Below are positions 44,018 through 54,266 of a stretch of DNA of 64,000 nucleotides, piece after piece. The translations under genes were made by a program, and so were the position numbers. Numbering within the stretch: the stretch's first letter is position 1; each line of letters opens with the position of its first letter. This DNA is from Gemmobacter sp. (GTDB lineage Bacteria; Pseudomonadota; Alphaproteobacteria; Rhodobacterales; Rhodobacteraceae), in assembly GCA_046295655.1 (NCBI GenBank), contig JBKBMT010000002.1:57139-121138 (forward strand), written 5' to 3'. The notes beneath the pieces were generated by a model. That model was not told where the DNA came from. It saw nothing but the letters and a program-made list of their open reading frames with translations, and did no database searches.

Positions 44018-44635
44018 TCAGGAGGCTTCCTGCTCGGCCTCGGGTTCGCGCTCCGGCGTATCCCGCTCCACCGGCGCCCCGCGGAACTCGCGCGGCTCGC
44101 GCGGCTCTCGGGGCGGGCGGCCGATCACCTCGCGCAACTCGTCAAGCTCGATGAAGTTGTCGGCCTGGCGCCGAAGCTCGTCGGCGATCATGGGCGGCTG
44201 GCTGCGGATCGTCGATACGATCGACACCCGCACCCCCTGGCGCTGAAGACTTTCGACCAGCGGTTTGAAATCGCCATCGCCCGAGAACAGCACGATGTGA
44301 TCCACCCGTGGCGCAAGCTCCATGGCATCGACCGTCAGTTCGATGTCCATGTTGCCCTTCACCTTCCGCCGCCCCTGGCTGTCGGTGTATTCCTTTGCGG
44401 GTTTCGTCACCATGGCGAAACCGTTGTAGTGCAGCCAGTCCACCAGCGGGCGGATCGGCGAATACTCCTCCGTCTCCAGCAGTGCGGTGTAGTAGAACGC
44501 ACGAACCAGCTTGCCGCGGCGCATGAATTCCTGACGCAGGAGCTTGTAGTCGATGTCGAAGCCGAGCGCCCTGGCCGCGGCGTAAAGGTTGGAACCGTCA
44601 ATGAACAGCGCCAACCGGTCGTCCTTGTAGAACAT
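44018..44635 (-). CDS. NYN-domain (LabA/DUF88-like) predicted RNase with a Pro/Arg/Glu-repeat acidic tail
   Basis: ORF trimmed to ATG 44635. LALFIDGSNLYAAARALGFDIDY, KGNMDIELTVDAM and VLFSGDGDFKPLV are present. The tail reads PPREPREPREFRGAPVERDTPEREPEAEQEAS. Confidence 0.85.
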   Translation of the reverse strand: MFYKDDRLALFIDGSNLYAAARALGFDIDYKLLRQEFMRRGKLVRAFYYTALLETEEYSPIRPLVDWLHYNGFAMVTKPAKEYTDSQGRRKVKGNMDIELTVDAMELAPRVDHIVLFSGDGDFKPLVESLQRQGVRVSIVSTIRSQPPMIADELRRQADNFIELDELREVIGRPPREPREPREFRGAPVERDTPEREPEAEQEAS

Positions 44636-44779
44636 AATTGATCCCCTCAAGAGGGCCCGAAACCAGTAACCGTGAGTGCTGTGCTGATGTAGTAAGTGGT
44701 TCGGAACCCTCCGCCTATGTAAGGCCCGCAGCGGCCGCCGCAACACGGATCATCCGAAAGAGTAACATCTGTCACACCC

Positions 44780-45340
44780 ATGTCAAAGCTCGTGATCCTC
44801 GCCCTTGGCGCGAATCTGCCTGTCGGCGATCAATCGCCGTCGCAGACGATCAAGGCCGCGATCGTGGCGCTGGAGCAGGCCGGGTTCGCGAAGCTGCGGT
44901 GCAGCCGTTTCTGGCGCTCGCCTGCCTTTCCCGCGGGAGGCGGCCCGGAATTCGTCAATGCCTGCTGTGCGGCGCAGTGGGCCGACAGCGCCGAGGCGGC
45001 GCTGGCCGTCCTGCACCGCATCGAGTCCGACTTCGGTCGTCGGCGGGGCACGCGCTGGGCCGCGCGCAGTCTGGACCTCGACCTGCTGGCGGTGGGCGCC
45101 GAAGTGCGGCCGGATGCAGCGGTTCACGACCACTGGCGGAACCTGCCGCCCGAGTGCCAGGCCACCGAAACCCCGGACCGGCTGGTGCTTCCCCACCCGC
45201 GTCTGCAGGATCGGGCCTTCGTGCTCGTGCCCATGGCCGAGGTCGCGGCCGGGTGGCGCCATCCGCGGACCGGCAGGACGGTGGCCGAAATGCTGGCCGC
45301 CCTCCCGGACGGCGAGGTTGCGGCGATCACGCCGCTGTAG
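44780..45340 (+). CDS. folK: 2-amino-4-hydroxy-6-hydroxymethyldihydropteridine diphosphokinase
   Basis: ALGANLP, RWAARSLDLDLL and LVLPHPRLQDRAFVLVPMAEV are the HPPK pattern. Confidence 0.9.
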   Translation: MSKLVILALGANLPVGDQSPSQTIKAAIVALEQAGFAKLRCSRFWRSPAFPAGGGPEFVNACCAAQWADSAEAALAVLHRIESDFGRRRGTRWAARSLDLDLLAVGAEVRPDAAVHDHWRNLPPECQATETPDRLVLPHPRLQDRAFVLVPMAEVAAGWRHPRTGRTVAEMLAALPDGEVAAITPL

Positions 45341-45427
45341 GCGCCGGCGCCGCATTCGTTCTTGTCAAGCCCCCTTCAACGGCGTAGAGAAGCGCCTCTG
45401 TGTCCCCTGTCCGAACTGGAGTGTTCC

Positions 45428-45781
45428 ATGGCCCGCGTGACGGTCGAAGATTGCGTTGACAAGGTTCCCAACCGCTTCGAACTGGTGCTGCTTGCCGCCC
45501 ATCGGGCGCGGGAGATCGCGGCCGGCTCGCCGCTGACCCTGCCGCGCGACAACGACAAGAACTCGGTCGTCGCCCTGCGCGAGATCGCAGAGGAAACCCA
45601 GAGTGCCGAGGAACTGCGCGAGCGCATGATCGCAAGCTTCCAGACCCAGATCGAGGTGGACGAACCGGAAGACGATCAGATGGCGCTGCTGATGGGCGCC
45701 GAGATCGACCGGCCGGTGCACGACGACATGTCCGAGGAACGCATGCTGCGTGCGCTGATGGCTGCGCAGGAGCGGGACTGA
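45428..45781 (+). CDS. rpoZ: DNA-directed RNA polymerase subunit omega
   Basis: ORF trimmed to ATG 45428: [30 protein letters not shown]. Confidence 0.95.
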   Translation: MARVTVEDCVDKVPNRFELVLLAAHRAREIAAGSPLTLPRDNDKNSVVALREIAEETQSAEELRERMIASFQTQIEVDEPEDDQMALLMGAEIDRPVHDDMSEERMLRALMAAQERD

Positions 45782-45812
45782 AGACAGACCAGCCGGGTCG
45801 GATGCGGGCGCG

Positions 45813-47927
45813 ATGATCGACGTCGAGGATCTGGTCGCGCTCGTCCGCAACTACAACCCGCGCACCAACGAGGATCTGCTGCGCCGCGCATATGACTATG
45901 GCCGGCAGATGCACGAGGGCCAGTGCCGCCAGTCGGGCGAGCCCTATTTCACCCATCCGGTCGCCGTTGCCGCCATCCTGACCGAGATGCGGCTTGATGA
46001 TGCGACGATCGTCACCGCGCTGCTGCACGATACGATCGAGGATACCAAGTCGACCTATTCCGAGATCGCGCGGCAGTTCGGCGCCGAGGTGGCCGAGCTT
46101 GTGGACGGGGTCACGAAGCTCACCAACCTTCAGCTTTCCTCGGCCGAAAGCAAGCAGGCCGAGAACTTCCGCAAGCTGTTCTTCGCCATGTCGAAGGACC
46201 TTCGGGTGATCCTCGTGAAGCTGGCCGACCGGTTGCACAACATGCGCACCATCCGGTCGATGAAGCCCGAAAAGCAGGCCCAGAAGGCGCGCGAGACCAT
46301 GGAGATCTATGCGCCGCTGGCAGGCCGGATGGGCATGCAATGGATGCGCGAGGAACTCGAGGATCTGGCCTTCCGGGTCCTGAACCCCGAAGCGCGCAAT
46401 TCGATCCTGCGACGCTTCGTCACGCTTCAGCGCGAATCGGGCGATGTGGTGCCGAAGATCACGTCGGACATCAGGCTGGAGCTTGACCGGGCCGGCATAG
46501 AGGCCGACGTCTATGGCCGCGCCAAGAAGCCCTATTCGGTGTGGCGCAAGATGCAGGAGAAGGATCTGGCCTTCTCGCGGCTGTCCGACATCTACGGTTT
46601 CCGCATCATCGTCCGGGATGTCGCCGACTGCTATCGGGCGCTCGGGGCGATCCACCAGCGCTGGCGCGCGGTGCCGGGTCGGTTCAAGGACTACATCAGC
46701 CAGCCCAAGACCAACGGCTACCGGTCCATCCACACCACCGTCTCGGGGCGAGACGGCAAGCGGGTCGAGGTGCAGATCCGCACCCGCCAGATGCACGAGG
46801 TCGCGGAATCTGGGGTGGCGGCGCACTGGTCCTATCGAGACGGCGAACGCAGCGCGAACCCCTTCGCGGTGGATCCGGCGAAATGGATCGCGACGCTGAC
46901 CGAGCGGTTCGACGAGGGCGACACCGACGAGTTCCTGGAACACGTCAAGCTCGAGATGTATTCGGACCAGGTGTTCTGCTTCACCCCGAAGGGCGACGTG
47001 GTGCAGTTGCCGCGCGGGGCAACCCCGCTCGACTATGCCTATGCGATCCATACCCGGATCGGGAACGCCTGTGTGTCGGCGAAGGTTGACGGCATCCGCG
47101 TGCCGCTTTGGACCCGGCTGAAGAACGGTCAGTCGGTCGAGATCATCACCGCCGAGGGCCAGCGCCCGCAGGCAAGCTGGATCGACATCGTGGTGACCGG
47201 CCGCGCCAAGGCCGCGATCCGAAAGTCGCTGCGCGAGGAGGACCGGTCGCGCTATGTCAAGCTCGGGCGCGAGCTGGCGCGGGTGACGTTCGAGCGGTTC
47301 GGCAAGAAGGCCACCGACAAGGCGCTTCAGACCGCTGCGCGCACGCTTGGTCTTGTCGATCAGGATGAACTGCTCGCCCGGATCGGATCGGCTGAGATCA
47401 CCGCTCTTCGCGTGGTGGAGACGTTGTATCCCGAACTGGCCGCAGCCCCGGACGAGGTGGATTCCGCGCGCCCGGTGATCGGCCTGCCCGACGATCAGAC
47501 CTTCCGCCGGGCGCCCTGCTGCCAGCCGCTTCCGGGCGAGCGGATCGTCGGCATCACCTATCGCGGGCGGGGCGTCGTGGCCCATGCCATCGACTGCCCC
47601 GCGCTTGTGGAACTCGAGGACCAGCCCGAACGCTGGATCGACCTCCACTGGCACCCGGGCCGTCACGCAGCAGTGAACACCGTCAGCCTCGATGTCACGA
47701 TCGCACATGCAACCGGGGTCCTGGGGCGGATCTGCACCTTGATCGGGGATCGCAAGGCGAACATCTCGGACCTACATTTCATCGACAAGAAACCGGACTA
47801 TTACCGCCTCATCATCGACGTGGATCTGCGCGATGCCGAGCATCTGCACACGGTGATGACGGCGCTGGATGCGGAAACCGACGTGGCGCGGATCTCCCGG
47901 CTGCGGGACAGCCGGCGGCGCCCCTGA
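45813..47927 (+). CDS. spoT: bifunctional (p)ppGpp synthetase/hydrolase (RelA/SpoT homologue)
   Basis: HD domain HPVAVAAILTEMRLDDATIVTALLHDTIEDT, synthetase YRSIHTTV, TGS and ACT regions. Follows rpoZ. Confidence 0.95.
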   Translation: MIDVEDLVALVRNYNPRTNEDLLRRAYDYGRQMHEGQCRQSGEPYFTHPVAVAAILTEMRLDDATIVTALLHDTIEDTKSTYSEIARQFGAEVAELVDGVTKLTNLQLSSAESKQAENFRKLFFAMSKDLRVILVKLADRLHNMRTIRSMKPEKQAQKARETMEIYAPLAGRMGMQWMREELEDLAFRVLNPEARNSILRRFVTLQRESGDVVPKITSDIRLELDRAGIEADVYGRAKKPYSVWRKMQEKDLAFSRLSDIYGFRIIVRDVADCYRALGAIHQRWRAVPGRFKDYISQPKTNGYRSIHTTVSGRDGKRVEVQIRTRQMHEVAESGVAAHWSYRDGERSANPFAVDPAKWIATLTERFDEGDTDEFLEHVKLEMYSDQVFCFTPKGDVVQLPRGATPLDYAYAIHTRIGNACVSAKVDGIRVPLWTRLKNGQSVEIITAEGQRPQASWIDIVVTGRAKAAIRKSLREEDRSRYVKLGRELARVTFERFGKKATDKALQTAARTLGLVDQDELLARIGSAEITALRVVETLYPELAAAPDEVDSARPVIGLPDDQTFRRAPCCQPLPGERIVGITYRGRGVVAHAIDCPALVELEDQPERWIDLHWHPGRHAAVNTVSLDVTIAHATGVLGRICTLIGDRKANISDLHFIDKKPDYYRLIIDVDLRDAEHLHTVMTALDAETDVARISRLRDSRRRP

Positions 47928-47948
47928 GACGAGGAAGGGCGAAAGGGC

Positions 47949-48653
47949 GTGGTCTTCAAGCGGCGGGACTCCAGACCGGCCTCGCGGGTGATCTCGGAAT
48001 TCTTCTACCCGCGCGGGGGATGGCGCCGCGCCAGCAGCTACGTCGTCCACCGTCTGCGCCGCCTGCCTGACGCCCCGCACCGGATCGCCCGGGGGGTTTT
48101 CGCCGGCATCCTCGCCTCGTTCACGCCGCTGTTCGGCTTTCACTTCCTGACCGCAGCGGCCATCGCCTGGGCGATCCGCGGCAACATCCTGGCGGCGCTC
48201 TTCGCGACCTTTCTCGGCAACCCGCTGACCTTTCCGCTGATCGCGGGCTCGGCGATGGAAGTCGGCAGCTGGCTTCTGGGAACCTCGGCCGATCTGTCGC
48301 TGCGCGAGGTGCTGGATTCGGTCGGACGTGCCTTCATGCAGCTCTGGCTGAACTTCACCGCCCTGATGACCGGCGGCGAGATGCGCTGGGATTATCTGCA
48401 ACGCTTCTTCCACCGGGTATTCCTGCCCTATCTGATCGGCGGCATTCCGCCCGGCATTGTGGCGGGACTGATCGGCTACTACATCAGCTTGCCGCTGATC
48501 GAGGCCTATCAGAAGCGCCAGCAGAAGAAGAACCGCGAGCGGGTCGAACGGCGGCTGGAAGAACGTGCCCGGCGGCTGGCCGAGGCCGAGGCCGCGGACC
48601 GCGCGGCAGTCGACCCCTCGACAGCGCCGCCGCCGCAAGGGCCCGCATCCTGA
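47949..48653 (+). CDS. DUF2062-like membrane protein
   Basis: GTG start. RIARGVFAGILASFTPLFGFHFLTAAAIAWAIRGNILAALFATFLGNPLTFP matches the DUF2062 pattern. Confidence 0.8.
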   Translation: MVFKRRDSRPASRVISEFFYPRGGWRRASSYVVHRLRRLPDAPHRIARGVFAGILASFTPLFGFHFLTAAAIAWAIRGNILAALFATFLGNPLTFPLIAGSAMEVGSWLLGTSADLSLREVLDSVGRAFMQLWLNFTALMTGGEMRWDYLQRFFHRVFLPYLIGGIPPGIVAGLIGYYISLPLIEAYQKRQQKKNRERVERRLEERARRLAEAEAADRAAVDPSTAPPPQGPAS

Positions 48654-48721
48654 ACGCGGGCGGTGTTTCCGTCGCGGGGCCGCTGCATTAGGCTCTGCGC
48701 CCAAGCGGATTCGAGGACATC

Positions 48722-49489
48722 ATGGCCGACACCACCCTTCCCCACCTGCGCCTCGGCGTGAACATCGACCATGTGGCGACGGTGCGCAACGCCCGCGGCT
48801 CTGCCTATCCCGATCCGGTTCGGGCGGCGCGTCTGGCCGAAGAGTCCGGCGCGGACGGCATAACCGCGCATCTGCGCGAGGACCGCCGCCATATCCGCGA
48901 TGCCGACATCGAGGCGCTGATGGCCTCGATCCGGGTGCCGCTCAACTTCGAGATGGCGGCGACGGCCGAAATGCAGGCGATCGCCCTGCGCCACCGGCCC
49001 CACGCGGTCTGCATCGTTCCCGAGCGGCGCGAAGAACGGACCACCGAGGGCGGCCTCGACGTGGCGACCGACGAGAATCGCCTGGGCGACTTCATCGCAC
49101 CTTTGCGCGAGGCAGGATGCCGCGTCTCGCTGTTCATCGGCCACGATCCCCGCCAGATCGAGGCATCGGCCCGGATCGGCGCGGCGGTGGTCGAGTTGCA
49201 TACCGGCACCTACTGCGAGCTTCATGCCGAAGGCCGGACGGCCGAACGCGACGCGGAACTGGCAGCCCTCGCCGAAGGCGCGCGCCTTGCGCAGGCACTG
49301 GGGCTGGAGGTGCATGCGGGTCACGGGCTGTCGTTCGAGACCGTCGGCCCGGTCGCGGCCCTGCCGGAGCTGCGAGAACTGAACATCGGCCATTTCCTGA
49401 TCGCCGAGGCGATCTTTCTCGGGCTTGGCCCGGCAATAGCCGAGATGCGACGGATCATGGATCTGGCGAGGAAAACGCCGGCGCAGTGA
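48722..49489 (+). CDS. pdxJ: pyridoxine 5'-phosphate synthase
   Basis: [28 protein letters not shown] and VELHTG. Confidence 0.95.
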   Translation: MADTTLPHLRLGVNIDHVATVRNARGSAYPDPVRAARLAEESGADGITAHLREDRRHIRDADIEALMASIRVPLNFEMAATAEMQAIALRHRPHAVCIVPERREERTTEGGLDVATDENRLGDFIAPLREAGCRVSLFIGHDPRQIEASARIGAAVVELHTGTYCELHAEGRTAERDAELAALAEGARLAQALGLEVHAGHGLSFETVGPVAALPELRELNIGHFLIAEAIFLGLGPAIAEMRRIMDLARKTPAQ

Positions 49490-49529
49490 CTGCGCCGGCG
49501 ACTTCGACATGCTTGACTGCTGTCGCCCG

Positions 49530-50105
49530 TCAACCAGCCTTGCGTCGACGCCGAACGGCGGCCAGACCGCCGAGGCCCGCAAGCATCAACCACCCTGCCG
49601 CCGGCACAGGGATGGCCGCGACAGCATCCCGGACGACAAGCTGATCCGCGAAGCCGAAGGCACCATCCATTCCGGCCCAGGGCCCGAAAGGCTGGCCCAG
49701 CCCGTCCTGCCAGTCGCAGTGACGGAAGGTGACGCTGAAATAGGGCGCCGCGCAGGCTGCGGCGCCGGTCAGGTCGGCGTTGGTTGCCTGGAAGGTGGCG
49801 CCGCTGACCGGATCTGCGCCCCCCAGCGGCACGTTCGCCCCGCTGAACATGAAGGCGACGGCGAGCGGTGCAGTCAGAAGCTCTGCCGCTGTCGGCAACC
49901 GCCAGCCGAAGGCCGACTGGAAGCTCAGGTCCAGCCCGCTTGCCGCGGGCAAGGGGTTGGCCCAGGCCCAGTCGAGTCCGCCGAAGGTGATGAAGGCGTT
50001 GGTAGGAACGGGGGCATCAACCAGCGCGGCATTCGCCGCCCCGGTTGTCATCAGGGCGAGAGCGCTCGCCGCCGCGAGCGCCTTGAACTTGTACTTCTGG
50101 GCCAT
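49530..50105 (-). CDS. secreted protein with a PEP-CTERM-like (VPLPA-CTERM-type) C-terminal sorting signal
   Basis: N-terminal signal MAQKYKFKALAAASALALMTTGAANA. C-terminus IPVPAAGWLMLAGLGGLAAVRRRRKAG combines a Pro motif, a TM helix and a basic cluster. GGAG lies about 11 nt upstream of ATG 50105. Confidence 0.7.
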   Translation of the reverse strand: MAQKYKFKALAAASALALMTTGAANAALVDAPVPTNAFITFGGLDWAWANPLPAASGLDLSFQSAFGWRLPTAAELLTAPLAVAFMFSGANVPLGGADPVSGATFQATNADLTGAAACAAPYFSVTFRHCDWQDGLGQPFGPWAGMDGAFGFADQLVVRDAVAAIPVPAAGWLMLAGLGGLAAVRRRRKAG

Positions 50106-50326
50106 GGTCAGAAACTCCGCTATGAGAGGATGACAGTCGCAACGGTTAAGTATGCGAAGGATACTCCTCTCCCGGGAAACCGGGAATTCCGTTTTCTTGC
50201 GGAGTCTCGCTGTGCATTTATCTGCAGATCATTGTGCCGCATCATGGAACAATCGGGAAGGAGTCGTTCGGTGAATCCGCATCCTGCTGAAACGGTGCCA
50301 GCGCAGGCGGACGGCACAAGTCTGCA

Positions 50327-50746
50327 ATGATCCTCGGGATAGGCACAGATCTTGCGAACATCGACCGTATCGCCGGCACGCTTGCCCGGTTCGGCGACCG
50401 TTTCCGAAATCGCGTCTTCACCCCCGAGGAACAGCGCAAGGCCGAGCGGCGCAGGGATGTCGCCGGCACCTATGCCAAGCGTTGGGCGGCGAAGGAGGCC
50501 TGTTCCAAGGCGCTCGGGACGGGGCTGCGCATGGGCATCGCCTGGCGCGACATGAGCGTGACGAACCTGCGGTCCGGGCAGCCGCAGATGCGCGTCACCG
50601 GATGGGCGGCCGAACGTCTGGCCGCCATGACGCCGCCCGGACACCGCGCGGTGATCCACGTCAGCCTGACCGACGATCATCCCTGGGCCCAGGCCTTCGT
50701 GGTGATCGAGGCGGTGCCGCTGGCCGATGCGGGGACCGCGCCTTGA
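50327..50746 (+). CDS. acpS: holo-[acyl-carrier-protein] synthase
   Basis: [15 protein letters not shown]...RFTPEE-like...[18 protein letters not shown]. Confidence 0.9.
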   Translation: MILGIGTDLANIDRIAGTLARFGDRFRNRVFTPEEQRKAERRRDVAGTYAKRWAAKEACSKALGTGLRMGIAWRDMSVTNLRSGQPQMRVTGWAAERLAAMTPPGHRAVIHVSLTDDHPWAQAFVVIEAVPLADAGTAP

Positions 50747-50797
50747 CAGCCCCCGCCCCGGCGCGCATGTAGCCCCGGCATCAGGCAGGCGGGACAG

Positions 50798-51589
50798 ATG
50801 GCAGGCAAGACCAAATCGGAAGGCGGCGGGATCATGGAGACGGTCAAGACGATCGTCTATGCGCTGCTGATCGCGGGCGTTTTCCGCACCCTGTTCTTCC
50901 AGCCTTTCTGGATCCCGTCCGGGTCGATGAAGGAGACGCTGCTGATCGGCGACTTCCTGTTCGTCAACAAGATGGCCTACGGCTATTCGCGCCATTCCTG
51001 CCCGTTCTCGATGTGCCCGTTCTCGGGCCGCATCCTGTTTTCCGAGCCGGAACTTGGCGATGTGATCGTGTTTCGCCACCCGGTCACCGGGGCCGATTTC
51101 ATCAAGCGCCTGGTCGGCCGGCCGGGCGACACGGTGCAGATGCAGGGCGGCCTGCTCTACATCAACGGCGAGGTCGCACCGCAGGAACCGGCGGGCGTGT
51201 TCGAACAGGTGTTCGAGCGCCAGGGCCCCATGGGCCAGATCCCGCGGTGCGAGAATGCGCCGGTGGGCCAGGGCGGCATCTGTACAAAGTCGCGTTTTGT
51301 CGAAACCTTGCCGAATGGCCGGAAACACATCGTGCTCAACATCGACGAGAACGGTTTCGGCGACAATACGCCCGTGTTCACGGTCCCACCCGGACATTAT
51401 TTCTTTATCGGCGACAATCGCGACAATTCGCAGGACAGCCGCTATTCGCGCGCCGTGGGCGGGGTCGGCTTCGTGCCGGCCGAAAACCTGATCGGACGCG
51501 CGGACCGCATCATGTTCTCGTCCGCCGGCAGCCAGATCTGGCATTTCTGGACCTGGCGCGCCGACCGCTACTTCAAGGCGATCGAGTGA
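50798..51589 (+). CDS. lepB: signal peptidase I
   Basis: [20 protein letters not shown] (catalytic Ser), FIKRLVG (Lys box) and [14 protein letters not shown]. Confidence 0.9.
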   Translation: MAGKTKSEGGGIMETVKTIVYALLIAGVFRTLFFQPFWIPSGSMKETLLIGDFLFVNKMAYGYSRHSCPFSMCPFSGRILFSEPELGDVIVFRHPVTGADFIKRLVGRPGDTVQMQGGLLYINGEVAPQEPAGVFEQVFERQGPMGQIPRCENAPVGQGGICTKSRFVETLPNGRKHIVLNIDENGFGDNTPVFTVPPGHYFFIGDNRDNSQDSRYSRAVGGVGFVPAENLIGRADRIMFSSAGSQIWHFWTWRADRYFKAIE

Positions 51590-51591
51590 AG

Positions 51592-52275
51592 ATGTCGGCC
51601 GAGCAGCGCGCCTTCTGCGCCCGCCTGGGCCACGACTTCGCCCGCCCCGAGCTGCTGATCCGCGCCCTGACGCATGCCTCGCTTGCCACGCCAACCAGGC
51701 CGTCGAACGAACGGCTGGAATTCCTTGGCGACCGGGTTCTCGGGCTGGTCATCGCCGAGGCGCTGTTTCTGGACGACATGCAGGCCGCCGAGGGCACGCT
51801 TGCGCCCCGGTTCAATGCCCTGGTCCGGCAGGAGACCTGTGCGGCGGTCGCGCGCGAGATCGGCCTGGGCGAGGTGCTGCGGCTCGGTCGGTCCGAAACC
51901 ATGACCGGCGGGCGGCGCAAGGAGGCATTGCTGGCCGATGCGATGGAGGCAGTGATCGCGGCCGTGTTCCGGGATGGGGGGTTCGAGGCCGCGCGGCAGG
52001 TGGTGCGACGGCTCTGGCAGGAGCGGCTGGCGAACCTGCCTGCCGCCGTGGTCGATGCCAAGAGCGCGCTTCAGGAATGGGCGCAGGCGCGCGGCCTGCC
52101 GCCGCCCGACTATGTCGAGACCGCACGCGAAGGCCCGCCGCATCAGCCGGTGTTCCGCATCGCCGCACGCCTGGCGGACGGGCAGAGCGCCGAGGCCGAG
52201 GCCGGGTCGAAACGGGCGGCCGAACAGGCGGCCGCGGCGGCACTTCTGGCGCGAATGGAGGGCCGGGATGGATGA
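51592..52275 (+). CDS. rnc: ribonuclease III
   Basis: In-frame ATG 51592 within ORF 51013..52275. [21 protein letters not shown] is the RNase III signature. C-terminal dsRBD ([14 protein letters not shown]...). Confidence 0.93.
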   Translation: MSAEQRAFCARLGHDFARPELLIRALTHASLATPTRPSNERLEFLGDRVLGLVIAEALFLDDMQAAEGTLAPRFNALVRQETCAAVAREIGLGEVLRLGRSETMTGGRRKEALLADAMEAVIAAVFRDGGFEAARQVVRRLWQERLANLPAAVVDAKSALQEWAQARGLPPPDYVETAREGPPHQPVFRIAARLADGQSAEAEAGSKRAAEQAAAAALLARMEGRDG

Positions 52276-53191
52276 GGCGCACACGCGAGCGGGTTTCGTC
52301 GCCCTGATCGGAGAGCCGAACGCGGGCAAGTCGACCCTGCTGAACCGGATGGTCGGGGCCAAGGTCTCGATCGTCACCCACAAGGTCCAGACGACGCGCG
52401 CGCGTGTCCGGGGCATCTGCATGGCAGGCGACGCCCAGATCGTCTTTGTCGATACGCCCGGCCTGTTCCGCCCGCGCCGGCGGCTGGATCGGGCGATGGT
52501 TGCCGCCGCATGGGGCGGGGCGGCGGATGCCGATATCGTCGTGCTTCTGGTCGAGGCCCATCGTGGCCTGACCGAGGGCGTCCAAGCGATCATCGACCGG
52601 CTGCGCGAGCAGTTGCCCGAGAGGACGCCGGTCGTCCTGGCCATCAACAAGATCGACCGCGTGAAGGCCGAGACATTGCTGCCGTTGACCGAAACCCTGA
52701 ATGCGTCCTTCCCCTTTGCTCGCACCTTCCTGATCTCTGCCGAGAAGGGCCATGGGATCCAGGGTTTCCGCGACTGGCTGGCCGGGGCCCTGCCGGAAGG
52801 TCCATGGCTCTATCCAGAGGACCAGATCGCCGATGTGCAGTTGCGGACGATCGCCGCCGAGATCACGCGCGAGAAGCTGACCCTGCGGCTGCACGAGGAG
52901 CTTCCCTATCAGCTGACCGTCGAGACCGAACGCTGGGAGGAGCGCAAGGACGGATCGGTGCGGATCGATCAGGTGGTCTATGTGGCCCGCGACGGGCACA
53001 AGGGCATCGTGCTGGGCAACAAGGGACAGACCATCAAGGCCGTCTCGACCGCCGCACGGACGGAGATCGCCGCGTTTCTGGACCGCCCGGTGCACCTGTT
53101 CCTTCAGGTGAAGCTGCGCGAGAACTGGCAGGACGAGGCCGAGCGCTATTCCGAGATGGGACTCGACTTCCGCGACGGCGACGGGTGCTAG
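52268..53191 (+). CDS. era: GTPase Era
   Basis: ATG 52268 overlaps the rnc 3' end by 8 nt. G1 [18 protein letters not shown], and a C-terminal KH domain ([21 protein letters not shown]). Confidence 0.95.
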   Translation: MDEAHTRAGFVALIGEPNAGKSTLLNRMVGAKVSIVTHKVQTTRARVRGICMAGDAQIVFVDTPGLFRPRRRLDRAMVAAAWGGAADADIVVLLVEAHRGLTEGVQAIIDRLREQLPERTPVVLAINKIDRVKAETLLPLTETLNASFPFARTFLISAEKGHGIQGFRDWLAGALPEGPWLYPEDQIADVQLRTIAAEITREKLTLRLHEELPYQLTVETERWEERKDGSVRIDQVVYVARDGHKGIVLGNKGQTIKAVSTAARTEIAAFLDRPVHLFLQVKLRENWQDEAERYSEMGLDFRDGDGC

Positions 53192-53230
53192 GCGGACGGG
53201 CGATCCGGCCGGAAGAGGAGGCTCCCACCG

Positions 53231-53560
53231 ATGGCGCGGCTGGCGGCGGAATTCTGGGTGCAGGCCTATCTGGCGCGGATCCAGGCCGAGGGGCTTGGCG
53301 CCTATCTGCTGGCGCGCGGCGATCCGGTGGCCGGGGCCGTCGTTGTGAAGTGCGCTTTCGGCGATGGTCGGGCGCGCGCGTTCCAGCGGGTGCAGGACCT
53401 GACCGGTGGTCGGCGCTGGGATGTGCTTGCGGAAGGGCCGGAGGCCGAGGTCGATGCGGCGCTGGTGCGTGCGCGCAGCCGCGACCCGGACCTGTGGCTG
53501 ATCGAGGTCGAGGACCGGTCCGGCCTTGCGATGCTGGACGCACCCGGCCTGGACGATTGA
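53231..53560 (+). CDS. DUF1491-like protein
   Basis: MARLAAEFWVQAYLARIQAEGLGAYLLARGDPVAGAVVVK... resembles DUF1491. Confidence 0.7.
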   Translation: MARLAAEFWVQAYLARIQAEGLGAYLLARGDPVAGAVVVKCAFGDGRARAFQRVQDLTGGRRWDVLAEGPEAEVDAALVRARSRDPDLWLIEVEDRSGLAMLDAPGLDD

Positions 53561-53582
53561 CCCCGGAAGGTCTCACGGTGCA

Positions 53583-54173
53583 TCAACTGCGCCGAGGCGC
53601 CATCAGCAACAGCAGCGTGCCGAGAAGGACGAAGCCAGCGCTCATCCCGGCGATGTTGACCGCCACCCGCCCCCAGCCCAGGGCGCCCGCGTCGATGAAC
53701 GGATATGGAAACCAGCCGGTTGACGCCCCCCGCGTCAGGGCATAGGCGCCATAGACGAGCGGCCAGACGAGAACCGCGGGAAGATCGGCCCAGCCTGCCC
53801 TCTCCGCCCCCCTCAGCCACCACGCCAGCGTGAGAAGCGGCACCACCGTGTGCAATCCCTGATCGGCCCACCAGGCAAGACACGCAGGTGACCAGAGCCG
53901 TGCCAGGAGCAGATGGTAGATCAGACCAACCATCAGGATCGCAACCGTCAATGCCAGCGCCACGGGCGCCCGAGGCGCAGTGCGACGCAGGACTGAGGCC
54001 CCGAGCACCAGCGCGACACCGACATTGGTGAGGATCGTGAAATATCCTGCCATCGCCCATGCCGCCGCCCCGACCCCGGCCATGCCGGGCACGTGCAGTG
54101 TCACGATGGCCTGCATCGTCAGCGAAACCGCCGCGACCAGCGCGGCCGCCGCCGCAAGATATCTTGCCCGCAA
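53583..54173 (-). CDS. polytopic membrane protein (possibly Pr6Pr/FAR-17a-like)
   Basis: Only the C-terminal third of ORF 53583..55217 looks coding, with about six hydrophobic helices. Start uncertain: TTG 54173 or ATG 54116. Divergent from recO. Confidence 0.5.
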   Translation of the reverse strand: MRARYLAAAAALVAAVSLTMQAIVTLHVPGMAGVGAAAWAMAGYFTILTNVGVALVLGASVLRRTAPRAPVALALTVAILMVGLIYHLLLARLWSPACLAWWADQGLHTVVPLLTLAWWLRGAERAGWADLPAVLVWPLVYGAYALTRGASTGWFPYPFIDAGALGWGRVAVNIAGMSAGFVLLGTLLLLMAPRRS

Positions 54174-54266
54174 GTGCGATCGCCCCGTTCCTCGCGGCCG
54201 ATGATCGCACAGGCGGCAGCTGGCGCAAGCCCTTGCAGCGGCCGCCCGTGGCGCGATACTTCCCGG

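Noticed and set aside
45327-47708. 793-aa minus-strand ORF covering rpoZ and most of spoT
   Set aside because: Shadow ORF spanning two real plus-strand genes and their intergenic gap, with low-complexity translation.
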